Both the position numbers and the translations under genes were made by a program. A stretch of DNA of 64,000 nucleotides from Mesotaenium endlicherianum. Taxonomy: Eukaryota. The notes under the pieces were generated by a model, which saw nothing but the letters and a program-made list of their open reading frames with translations, had not been told where the DNA came from and ran no database searches. The number at the start of each line of letters is the position of its first letter. Position 1 is the first letter of the stretch. Positions 10,585 through 23,023 of this stretch are shown piece by piece. The DNA lies in contig WELA01002119.1 of assembly GCA_009602735.1 (NCBI GenBank), positions 1 through 64,000 on the forward strand, given 5' to 3'.

Positions 10585-11399
10585 CTGACCATTAAAAGGT
10601 GCAGCTCTGCGCGTTACTCGTTCTTGAGCATTAGCAATCTTTTCAGCCATTTCGTACACACCTTTCGCAACTCTGCGACAGAGCCGGCATCATCATTCTA
10701 AGTAGCAGCCCTTTGCTGGCCCTCAGTGAGTTGCCTCATGGCCTCTATTAATTCTTGTGTTAGTGCAGCTATGTCCATGCTCTCAACAGGTGCAATTGGC
10801 ACTGCCTTTCCTGAAAATAAAGCAGACATTCAGGCTTTCGCAGTCTCTTTCTGAATTTTTAAATCCCTAGCCCTTTTTTGCTCTCCAAATGCCCATTCTT
10901 GGGTGAGATCCTCATCCTTCCGGAATTGGCGATATAGCAACATGATATCCTTATCCAAGTACTGCACCAAGCCCATAAATGTGACAGACTGCGTATGAGA
11001 AGAATCCTTTCGAATCTTCTCAAAGAATTCTGCCCAATAGATCTCATCAAACTCTTCGAAAGTGAGACCGTTTCCCCTGGTTCGTCCGCTAAAACACTTT
11101 GCAGACAGCTTGAACTTAGGATTTTCATCCCGATCATTGTCGGCCATTTCAAACGATGATCAGGACTCACTGACCCTAACCCACACGTCTTGCTCTTTGC
11201 CCGCATGAGGTGCAAAGGCTTGTGTGTTATCCGGATTCTCACCGCTTGCGGAGATATGGCGAGACTCGTCTCTCGACGGTTGCTCACTCCACCCGTTGTC
11301 AGTATGTTCAGACGTCCCACTTCCTTGTGGACTCTGGCTAGAGTCAGAACCTTCTGCAGGCTCCACAGGGTGGTAGAGTCTTCCACTCCTCAACCACAT
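10585..11399 (-). pseudogene. gag: gag of element C, N-terminal piece (premature stops and a frameshift)
   Basis: Starts MWLRSGRLY at 11399, with in-frame TGA at 11160 and 10830. One frame reads through the CTGAC TSD into the 3537-3904 piece (AAPFNGQ|QGDSATTEA). Confidence 0.6.
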
Positions 11400-14122
11400 A
11401 TACAGTTGAATTTCTCCGGGTCCCCTTCCAGGTTGAACACCGACAGCCTTCACAGGCCTCAATCCCCAACTGACTTGGGAATTCTTGTTCACCTGAACCA
11501 ATCAACCAAGTTCTCAGAAGTAGGACATAAGCGTCTTACTTCCACACAGGCTTTTGCCTAAGTTGAGGGTTTACAGAATGAACAAGTTTGTAGTTTGCAA
11601 AAATCTTGTCTAAGCAGCTTAAAAGGCAATGCCAGATTCAGAGAAATCGCCCTTCAAGGCTTTCGCTTAACACTCACGAAATAACAGCTTACAAAAATCT
11701 GAAACTGCACATCTATGCTGGCCTGGTCTGAGCTCTTCGCTCAACATCCCCCCTTAACAATTCTTCATTGCTTGGCTGGGCTCACTCAGTTCTTCACTGA
11801 GAGCTTTACTTGTTAATACTACTCTTGCTATCAGCAATTCGACAATTGAGACTTTTGAGAACTTGGAAACTAACACAGCACTCACCATTTTAAGTGACTT
11901 TCGCACGCTTGTGGTGTTTGACCCGAATCTGTGCTAATCTCCTAACAGATTCTATTCTGCAGCTCTTTACTTTCTACCAGCGAGATCCCCTCTTGGAAAC
12001 TCCCGAGGTCTAACCTTTCTATGATACACTTGAGAAGAAATCTTCCAGCGTCGACAAAAGCGTGGCGTCTCGGCTCTTCTGTGGCCTTGGGAACTCCTTC
12101 TTCTTTGCGCTCCTTCTTCTCCTTTCCTTCTGTACCTGCTCCTTCAGCTTCCTTGACAATGATGCAAGCAAAAATGAGGCAGCTTCAGGCAGGACTCGTG
12201 CCTTTCGCAGGCACCACACATTATCCTCTCTCGAGAATGCCAGTGCTTAGTCACATCGCCTAGCTTGCATGCCGTCCTCACCTAGCAGCCCTCCAACAGC
12301 TTTAGAAGTTGTCACTCAGCATGCATGCACGCCTTGTGATTGTCGTGCGTGACTGCTTAGCCCTTCAGCTGACAATCATACCTATGTGGCTGGCTGGCAG
12401 CGTTGAGGATGAACGCTCAAGCCGTGACTAGTCACCTTAGGGTCTTGGCCGAGGTGGCACACAACGCCTCTGCAACATCCCTGCTGTACTTGGCTTAGAT
12501 AGCCAATTGATCAGTACCTTTCCGGGCACTTGCTGGTTCCATACCCCTAGCCTTTCGGCTGACTACTTCGTCCAAATCCCCATCCATCCCTGGGTGTGGG
12601 TTTGACGTGTCGTGGCCACTTTGACAGTGATAACGACTTGATATGACCGCTGACTAAGATAACTTGGTCCTCTGGTCGGTGAGTCAACGCTGACTTCCCT
12701 TACCTGGCGTGCGGCACCGTCAAGTGGATAGCAGTCGCGACAATCTCGAGTAGCGGCGCAAATCGATGGTAAATATATATTATTCCCAAAAATCAATGAG
12801 ACGAGGAAAGCTGCGGCTTCACTTGCAGACTCAGCGATTTATATTCAATAATTCGGGAAATTTTTGCGACAGTTAGCACCCCATGAGTGGGACAGCACTC
12901 TTTACTTCGAATAGCCTGCCTAAACTGGCCTACACTGGTCAAAAACTGCCTTCGTGTGATGCTGACAGTGCTGACGCCCAGCTTGAAGTAGTTCTCGGTA
13001 GCCTCCGCAATGACGGGAATCGAACGTGCAATTCTGCAGAGATTCTGAATATTTAAGCAGCGGCGTTAGCTACATGACATCATATCCTCCTCGTCGGAAG
13101 TTTCCTACTCAGCTTACTTCCTGGGTGCTTGCAGAATGATCCTGGCAACAGTTGACTTCAGATCTATCTCAACCCTACGCTGTTTGTCGGCATAGTCACT
13201 TGTCACCACTCGCCACTGACTTTGGGGGGTCTGGTGTCGGTGGTATGACGTTGTTGAGCTTGCCGCAGTCAGCCGCAGTAGCTTCCCACAGCTTCCTACC
13301 CACTCGTGTTTCAAACGACGTCTGGTCAGTTCGTCTATAGACGACAACTGGCAAAGGATGAGTCGTTTACGTATCTATAACAATCAATGTTGATTCAAAG
13401 TGGACTAATGATGATTGGACAACTGTCTGACAGGAACACCAAAGTGCTGAAATCTGCTAATCTCGTGTGGTTTGCTACAAGTGGCTTTCTTCATCAGTTT
13501 TGTGGTGGTTTGCGTTACTTCGTTCTGGTTTTGCGACGGGAGGTTGTTCCATGAGGATTACAGCTCGAAGGGCAACAGGGCCTGAATTTTCTAGCCCCTT
13601 GAACTATCCCGAGGCCACCGGGGGGTCAAAGGAGATTGATAAAGAAACACCATTGCTGTCTGTAGTCCCAAAGTCTATAATAGACACGGTCCCGACGGCA
13701 GGTGAAACGCATAGGGAAAACATCATGTATTCCAATGTGTCCATGACTGAAGCAAGTGCATTGAAGCTATATGAATTTGATTTGTAATTCTTCAGAGGGG
13801 TTGGCAAAAACAGGCAGGGACACAATTGTTACGATACACGGTTGGCGTACTAGCTGAAGTTGCAGTGGGGATCATTTGCTCCTGATCTCGAAGAGAATCG
13901 AAAGCTCGGTGAAATCGTATGATTCATGGACGCTGACAACATGAGTTCAGAGGCTAGGTGCTCATTACTGCTGGAAGGAAGCATCCCTGGTTGCGCTTAT
14001 GGGGCTCATGGTGCTTCGCGGTTGGTACCAGCAGCGGTAAATTTGATACACTAGAAGTATATAGAGGCAAACGATTTCGTCATAAATCTATGCAATCCCC
14101 TCAAGGCAATTCGATTGCAGAA

Positions 14123-17100
14123 ATGGCGGACTCAAGTGATGCTGTTCCCGATGCCCCGCCTGTCAAATCGCTGATGCAGCGCTCTTCTCTAGGACCTTCA
14201 GCAACTATCGCCCTGCAGTCCCTTAGCAACCTTAGTGCCAATACAACTCACTCAGGTCAGTCACAAGACTACATTGGAGATATATTTAAGTGGGGGCTTT
14301 GGGCGTGGTCTATTAACTATTTTCTTCCTGTAGATCTATTGATGACATTCTGCGAGCCAGGGAGGCATACCGAGCCTGAGTTTCCCGTGCTCATAAGGAT
14401 CGTGTGCTTTGGAAATGTTTCCGTCATGCATTGTGCAGTGCAGGCTACTCCCTCTGCCAAATTCAGAAAAAATGTTCATGGGGAGATGATCAGAGCCGTG
14501 GTAGTATATATAGTGACCAATGTAGCCAACTTCTCTGTATGATGCTTTCTTTGAATACTGGTCACAGGATGTGATTACATTCTGGCAAAACTGCAACAAG
14601 CTAGTCGTAAGCATGCCAATCATGTTGGGTAAGCAGGAGTCTTCCAGTCACTCGGGATGTGAGATAGAGGTCAGAGTCAGCAGAAACTGAGCAGTTTCAT
14701 TCAATTTCTCGAAATGTTGTATTTGCAGAGTACGGAGATGCTGACCAGGAGAGCCTCAAGCTGGCTGCGCTGGAGCGCCTGCCCACATACGACCGCCTCA
14801 GGACCGCCGTCATTTCGAGGGTAAGATTAGACACGCCCCTGCGCCGCGCTGCCCCTTCTCTGCCACACGTTTGATTGGAAGGGGCACATGCATATATGGG
14901 GAGCTTGTGGGTCTCTTTCGGAGGGGCCGTTCTTGCAACCAATGTATATATACATATATATGTATACGTCTGTATATATAGTGGGGCTAGAAGTGGGTGA
15001 GAGTCAGCAGTTGTCAGTCTGGCACCCTTGCCGCAGGTAAAAGTCTTGCCTCTGTACACATTTCTGCGCCGAATGAGTGATTCGCTACTTATTCACCTAC
15101 GAGAATGGTGGTGAGTGATAATTGTGTTGCTGCCCGCTGAAGAGGCTCCAGCTGTGCACACTGGTGCTTTTTTGCCTGTGTGCGCGCCACCTGCTGATAG
15201 TCTGAGTCTTGTCTGGGGCCACCTGTTGTACTGCTACGCTGCGTTCCCAGAGGGAGTGCAATTTTGTCTGCAAGCCCTGAGGGTGGCGAGGACTGAGTGG
15301 AGGGGCCGCAGCGAGCAGCCTTCGCGAGACTGAACTACTCTCGAGGTTGACCTGTGCTTGGGAGGGGGGTGGGGGGGTAATCTCGGGGGGGTGTGAACAC
15401 CAGGCCCTGGAGGATGGCAAGTACTCGGCGGAGGAGGTGGATGTGGCGGGGCTGACGGTGGCGGAGCGCCAGAAGCTGGTGGAGCGCGTGATGGAGACCA
15501 ACGACCAGGACAACGAGCGCCTCCTCACCAAGCTGCGAGCGCGCCTCGACGCGTAAGCCAGCTGACACCCCCCNTACCCACCCCCGGCCTACAGCCCACA
15601 GGCCCCCAGCAGCGGCGGCTGGCAGCGTTGTTGTTGCCAAAGGGGCCACATGGCTCTGTCTCCGAAATGACGGGGCTTGGGGGCCAGGACGATTGATGTA
15701 GAGAGTGGCATGTTGCTTGCAGCAGCTAGGGAGTTGGGGTCAGGCCTGCGTTGCAATGGCTTTTCACTCGCCTCACAACTCTCTCTCTCTCTCTGTCTCC
15801 CTCTCTCTCTCTCCCGCTCTCCCTCTCTCCCTCTCTCCCTCTCTCCCTGCCTGTGGCACTCTGGGGGTTGCAGGGTGAACATCCAGTTCCCCACGGTGGA
15901 GGTGAAGTTTGCGGACGTGAAGGTGGACGCCAGCGTGTACACGGGCAGCCGCGCGCTGCCCACGCTGCCCAACTTCACGCAGAACGTTCTCGAGGTGAGC
16001 CCCGTCCCCCCACGTCATCCGCCTGGCAGCTCTGAGAAGCCCAGATCGCGCCGTGTTTTTGTATCGGGCTGTTGCACCGTACGCTTGGTGCAGCGTTGCG
16101 TGTGGACGGAGCGCTGGGTCTGAAACTCGTTCTCTACGACGCGGAGATGGGCAGGCCCATGGGGGGGCCTGGCAGCTGGCTCCCCTGGAGCTCTTGAGAG
16201 ATTGCTTTGGGGGGTCCCAGTCGTGGTAAAGAGTTGCAGAGAAGGGTGCAGCAGGGAGCGCCTCGCCGGGTCCCTTTGAGAGGAGAAGGAAGGGGGGGGT
16301 GTATGCTGTAATGGGGGCAAGAGCGAGCGCGCTCCTACGCTATGTTGTGTTCATCTGCAACTATTGATGGCAAAGGTGGCAGGAACAGAGGTAGCTCTTC
16401 TTTCTGCGCCGAACCTGTTGTGGTAGGGTGGAGCAGATGCTTTGGGATCAAGCAGGGGGTTGAGATCTCGCCTCTGGGGTCGGCACAGCTGACACGTGTC
16501 GACTGACGAGCCCTCGCTCCACCGCGGTTGTGTGTTGGCTTCAGGCTGTTGTCCCTGTCCCACTGTTCTCGTAGGCTGAGGGATTGCCGGCTATGTTTGC
16601 AGCATGCACTTGCGGTTTTTAAGCATCCGTGCTGCTTGATCCGAGCTGTCGGCAGTCAGCAGGCTCACTTGATTGGGTGCATGTGCGTGCGCTTGGCTGG
16701 CTGTCACATGCGGTCTGCCGGTGCTTGCACGTGCATGTGAGTGTGGGTGCAGTCGCTGGCGGTGGGGCTGCGGCTGCTGCCGGACCGGCGGCAGGAGTTC
16801 CCCATCCTGCACAGCGTGAGCGGCGTGCTCAAGCCCGGCCGCATGACGCTGCTGCTGGGGCCCCCCGGCGCCGGCAAGAGCACGCTCATGAAGTACCTCG
16901 CCGGCATCCTGGACGGCGACCTGCGCGTGAGTGTACTCGCACCGCCACGTGCCCCCAATCTCTGCTCGCACGCACACGCCTGATGCTCCTGCACTGCGCT
17001 CATGCCTGCCTGCCTTGCTGCCCTTTCTAGCCTTGCCACGACGTGTGATCTCTTATCTAGTAGTGCCAGCTGCAGAGGGTAGCAGTGCCAGTGCTTGTGC

Positions 17101-20100
17101 TCAGGGAGCTGCAGGTGCTGTGGAGAGAGCACAGGCAGGCAGGCCTCTCTTGGCTCCTGTGGCTTCGGCCCCAGGTCCAAGACCAGTGTGGCTTCATCTT
17201 ACGCACGGGCTGACAGCTGTCGAGCCCGGTTGGCGCGCTTGTGCTGGTGAACCGGCGGCCCTTGACTGAGTGAAAGAGTGACTGAGTGACTGACAGACTG
17301 ACAGACTGAGTGACGGGCTGAGTGAGCAGGCCACGGGGGCGGTGACGTACAACGGGCACGGCTTGGACGAGTTTGTGCCGGTGCGCACGTCGGCGTACGT
17401 GAGCCAGAACGACAACCACATCGGCGAGATGACAGTGCGAGAGACGCTCGACTTCTCCGCGCGCGTGCAGGGCCCCGGCTACCGAGCGGGTGCGCGCGCT
17501 CTGGCCGTCTCCTTCCGCTCTCCCTTGCCCTCCTTCCTCTTGCTGGAGCTTGGCGTGTATCGCGTGTTAGACGACAGCTGCCAACAAAGAGACGAGTAGA
17601 GCCCCCAGTAAGCCCTGTGTGCTCACTCGGTCTTGCAGCTCAAAAATTGCGTCTGCCGTTCGAAGAATATGCATCACTGCCAGAAGGGCTGAGAGAGAGA
17701 AAGTGACCTGGGCGAGAAGATGCACGTGCAAGCTCTGTGGAACTGACACGGCACTGCGTATGGTGCCCTCCCTCCCTGGTCTTCCAGACATGCTGAGGGA
17801 GCTGCTGCGCCGCGAGAAGGAGGCCGGGATCAAGCCCGACCCTTCCCTGGATGCCTTCATGAAGGTGTGTGTACATAGCCACTTGGCTGCACACAGCCGC
17901 CACTCTCTTCTGCCAGAACAGCGTGACAATGCTCCTCCTCCAATGTTTGTGCCGTGACTCTGTTGAGCCACACACGCTTGGGAGGAGGGGATAGAGGTAG
18001 GAAGTGTGAGAGAAATTGTGTGCATGTGTGTGTATAAGGGGGGGCTCTGCAAACCACTGGTGGATTTAAGATTGCGCGAAGTCGACCGGCAGAAGGATTT
18101 AATGGCCAAGTGGCACCATGTGTGCTGCCACGCTGCTGACATGTCCCTTCTCTGGCGTGACAGGCCCAAGCCACACAAGGCACCGTGTCCAACATCACGA
18201 CAGATTACTTCCTCAAGGTATGGCCGCCCTCGCACCTCCCCCACAAATGATGCTCGCCAAGCTTGCGACTGCCTGCCTATCTTCCTGTCTGCCTGTCTAG
18301 CTGTCTGCTTGTCTGCCTGCCTGCCTGTGTGCCTGCCCCTGCCTGGCTGTTTCATTTTGAATCTGTCCCATTCGTCACTCCTCCGTACGACCCCCAAGTT
18401 CATTCTGCTACATCCGGTGGCGACGAGCTTAGCCTTGCTGCGTGACAGCTGTCGCATCGAGCGGGGCTGCGTGGTGTGATTGGCCCTCTGCTCTGGCAGA
18501 GCCCTGTGGGGAGAGCGTTGGGCGCACCCCTGAAAAGCCGTTGAGTGGCTGTTTGTGTGTGCACGTGCGTGGACAGGTCCTGGGGCTGGAGGTGTGTGCG
18601 GACACCATAGTGGGCAACGAGATGCTGCGGGGTATCTCCGGCGGGCAGAAGAAGCGCGTCACCACCGGTGGGTGCCCCGCTAGTCTCTTCCCCCCTCTTC
18701 CCCCCCTTTTTCCCCCCGCTGGGGGCCCCTTCATCTGGCTTAGTATAAGGAGCCTACACACACGCGACACATTATGAAGTTTTTGAGGCTCACGCATGCG
18801 CAATGTGATGTGCCAAGACTGCCAGTGCAGCGCTCCCAGTGATGCTTGATGCTACTGCTGCTGCATTCTGTGCCGAAGGCGTTTGGCTTGATGTGCTCAG
18901 ATACTATGCCCGCCAGGCAGCTGACCCGGCACGAGAGCGGGGGGGTTGTTGTGGTGCCTCCGCAGGCGAGATGATAGTGGGGCCCAAGCAGGTGCTGTTC
19001 ATGGACGAGATCTCCACGGGCCTCGACTCCTCCACCACCTTCCTCATCACCAAGTGCCTGAGGCACTTTACCCAGCTGCAGGTGATCACCGTCACCACCA
19101 CCATCACCACCACCACCACCACCATCACCACCACCATGAAGTCCATGCAAGTAGTAGGAACAGCAGCAGGAATCTGTGAGACAACTGTTTTCAGCATGAT
19201 CGGTTGGGTCGGGTGGCTGTGCCGTTGGTACGGAGAAGCTATGCCGTGGCTCTTCAGGCACGCGCCGCAGTTTGTGATGTTGACTTGGAGAGTTTCTGGT
19301 TGTGCGCGTGCGCGCGTGTGTGCGTGTGTGTGTGTGCGCACGTGGGCGGCGGGAGCAGGACGCGACGACGCTGATAGCGCTGCTGCAGCCAGCGCCGGAG
19401 ACGTACGACCTGTTTGACGACATCATGCTGCTGGCGGAGGGCCACGTCGTGTACCACGGGCCGCGCGACCAGGTGCTGCCCTTCTTCGAGGCCCAGGGCT
19501 TCCGCTGCCCGCCGCGCAAGGGCGCCGCCGACTTCCTGCAGGAGGTGCGCGCCCGCCCCCCTCCCTCCCTCCCTCCCTCTCTCCCTCCCTCNCAGATCCC
19601 AGATGCTTACTTGCATACTGCATGTCTATCCAGCTGAAGTAGCTAAGAGCTGGCGCCCGGCATGTTCAGGTCCTCTCCCTTTCAATTTCTTCCCTCCTGG
19701 AGATCTCATGCAGACATTCCTGTTCCTGTGTTATGTGCCCCCTGCAGGTGACCTCCCTCAAGGACCAGGAGCAGTACTGGCACCGCCCTGACCTGTACAA
19801 GTACGTGCCAGTTGTTGCCTTCGAGGAGGCCTTCAAGCTCTCGCAGCAAGGGCAGGTCATGGCTGCAGAGCTCAAGGTAACCTCTCGTCTGGCCCTGACT
19901 GCCCATCTGGATGTGCCCCCCGTTTATGCAAGGCTATCAAGATTTACATGCCTGCACGTTTCGTCGCTCCTCAAGCGCCGCCCGAGAAGTGGCCTGGCGC
20001 TCTGCAGTGAGCACATCTGGCGCGACACTCTGCCGCTCGCTAACTTGCTGAGAGAGGCTGGCTGCCACTCTGGCTTGTTGGCCTCTGATGTCTCTGCCCC

Positions 20101-20552
20101 TCTCTGCTCTGCTACAACCAAGTGCCTTTTCTTGCCTGTGGCGCGCTTCGGTCGGCCAGCACCTGCAGCCTCGCGAATAGCTGGCCAATGCCGAGTAGGC
20201 CGCCTTGATGGCGAAGACTGTTCCGGCTGGAGGAGACAAGGAGGAACAGTCGGAGAAGCTGGTGCTGACACGGCCCTAAGCTTTGTGCCTCGGGAGGTTC
20301 GTGAGCGGATTAGTTTGGCTGAGGGCGAATCCAAAAGAAGCTGACGTCTGAGCCATGTCGGCCTTTCTGCGGGTGAGCAGACTCCATTTGCGAAGGAGAA
20401 GTCGCCGGAGGGGGCGCTGAGCTTTGAGCCGTACGGGCTGCCGCGCAAGGAGATGTTCCGCGCCGTGCTGGACCGCGAGGTGCTGCTCCTCAAGCGCAAC
20501 GCCTTCCTCTATGTCGCCATGATCATCCAGGTGCGCACACCATTTGTCCTGC

Positions 20553-20645
<93 letters not shown>

Positions 20646-20850
20646 NACTTCCTGACAAGCACGCCTTTGCACCATTTGCTCTCTCTATTGGCCCGTACGT
20701 GCTGCGCCCTTCAACCTCCCTGTGTGTGTGCCGTAGACCTGAGAGTCTGAGCAGTCGCAGCGGGAGGCCGAGTAGGAGCCTGAGCCAGTGTCTGTCTATT
20801 CTCACGGAGGCCGTGACCTGGGGTCACGCTTTAGTGCAGCCTCTGTATCA

Positions 20851-20896
<46 letters not shown>

Positions 20897-22928
20897 GCAA
20901 GCTCACACACAGGCAGGCGCTCGCACCGCGCAAGTAGTACAATCCCAAGAGGATGCTCTTGGACCAACCCTGTGTCTGGCATGCGGGACGTGTTGCGCTG
21001 ACGGGGTGGGTGCCTGTCGCTCTCGTGGTGCAGATGTCGCTGACGGCGCTGGTGGCCGGCACGCTCTTCTTCCGCACCACGCTGGACCAGACGGTGGAGG
21101 ACGGCTCCTACTACCTGGGGGCGCTCTTCTTTGGCTTCGTCATCATCCTCTTCAACGGGTTCGCCGAGATGTCCATCCTGGTCATCCGCCTGCCCGTGTT
21201 CTACAAGCAGCGAGACATGCTGCTGTTCCCGTCGTGGGCGCTCAGCATCCCCATCTGGGTGCTCTCCATACCCTTCTCGGCGGCGGCCTCCTTTGCGTGG
21301 ACAGCCATCACATACTACCTCATCGGCTTCTCCCCCGCGGCCGGCAGGTAGCTTCACTGGCCTCCCCCTCGCTCCTCTCCCTCCCTGCTCAATCTCTCCA
21401 CCACAGCCCTTTTTTCTTGCTCCGGCGAGCGCATTGTTTGCCAGATGTCAACGAGGCACGCGATTGTACATATGCACCTACTTACATAACAGAAGTGGGG
21501 TGGTAGGATCTTGAGATACGCACCAATCTATATAACATGGATGAGCAACAAAAGTCATTATGTTAACAATCTGGTCCAAGGCTGCCTGCCTGCGCCCGCG
21601 CGTTCACACGGTGCCAGGCTGCCTTGTGTGTCCAGTAGGGCAAGGCAGCTGTTCTGCCCACCCGTCACAGAATGTGAGTCCCTTCTAGATGCCCCTTACA
21701 AGGACCCTCCCTCTCCCCCACCCTTCCTAGCCTGGGGGCTTGGAGTGGAGTGCAGCCAACCCTAAGCGAGTGTGTGTGCCTGCCTGCGTGCGTGTGTGCG
21801 TGTGCGCGTGGGTGGGTGGGTCTGGCGCTGCCTGTCCGTTGTGGGTGGCCGCAGGTTCTTCCGGCAGTGGCTGACGTTCTTCACGCTGCACCAGGTGGGC
21901 ATCGCAATCTTCCGCCTCATCGCGGCGTTGGCGCGCAGCATGGTGCTGTCCAACACATGCGGCGCCTTTGCCATCATCACGCTCTTCCTCCTCGGAGGCT
22001 TCGTCATTGCCAAGGGTGAACTCCTGCTCCGCCCTCCATACTCTCACTGATGGGGATCGCCGGCTGGACGACCGGTTGGACGACACACCACTCGCCCTGG
22101 AGCTTGCTCAGAAGGGCATGCAGTCCACTCACAGCGAGCTCTCTCCGGCAGAGTTGCACGCCGGTGAACATTGATATACAGAGGAAGGAGGCCTCTGTGC
22201 CATTTTGGTCCGCTCAAAAATTGCTTTCTGCTTCCACCAGCTACGCATCCTCCTGCTCTGTGCCTGAGGTCTCTCGCCACGAACGTCGGGTCTGTCCAGT
22301 GGTCAGACCAGCCGCATGCGTTCTCTCTTTCGAACTCCACAGCACAGGTCGACCTTCCCCCTCTGCTGCCCCCCCCCAGGGCCAAGGGACCGAGTGGAGC
22401 GACTGGGTGGACTTCAAGCTTATGTGGCTGCTGTTGCTGGTGGGGGCTGGGGGCTGTGTGAGCAGACTACATCCACCCGTACTGGATCTGGGGCTTCTAT
22501 GTGTCCCCACTGTCCTACATCATGAACTGCCTCACCACCAACGAGTTCCTGGCCGACCGCTGGCAGATCGTGAGTACCCCTCCCATTCCCTCGTTTGGCA
22601 GGACGCCTGTGCCAGCTGCCCACCGATTCGTTTCCCAGCTGCTGACCGGGGCGCGACTTGACTAGGGCCCTGCTATTTATAGCAGGCGGGGGCGAGCTAG
22701 GAGGCAGAAGCACTGCACTGCTGACTTGCATCCTCCTCTGCTTGGGCCTGCGCTTGCAGCCGGCGAACCAGACGACGTTCCCGGGGCGGACGGTGGGCCA
22801 GGTGGTACTCCACAATAGGTCGCTGTTCAATGACAACTACATGTTCTACGCCGGCATCGCCGTCAACTGGGGATACGTGCTTCTCTGCAGCTTGCTTGTC
22901 ATCTTTGCCCTGCAGTACATTGATCGTG

Positions 22929-22983
<55 letters not shown>

Positions 22984-22984
22984 N

Positions 22985-23023
<39 letters not shown>

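Noticed and set aside
11743..11756. PPT plus LTR start (AAGGGGGGA-TGT on the minus strand)
   Set aside because: No matching LTR end, TSD or second copy found.
18946..19179. Poly-His / poly-Thr protein
   Set aside because: Translation of an intronic (CAC)n microsatellite that is absent from the paralog.
20276..21001. Poly-Pro / poly-Gly ORFs
   Set aside because: Products of an intronic poly-C run adjoining an N.
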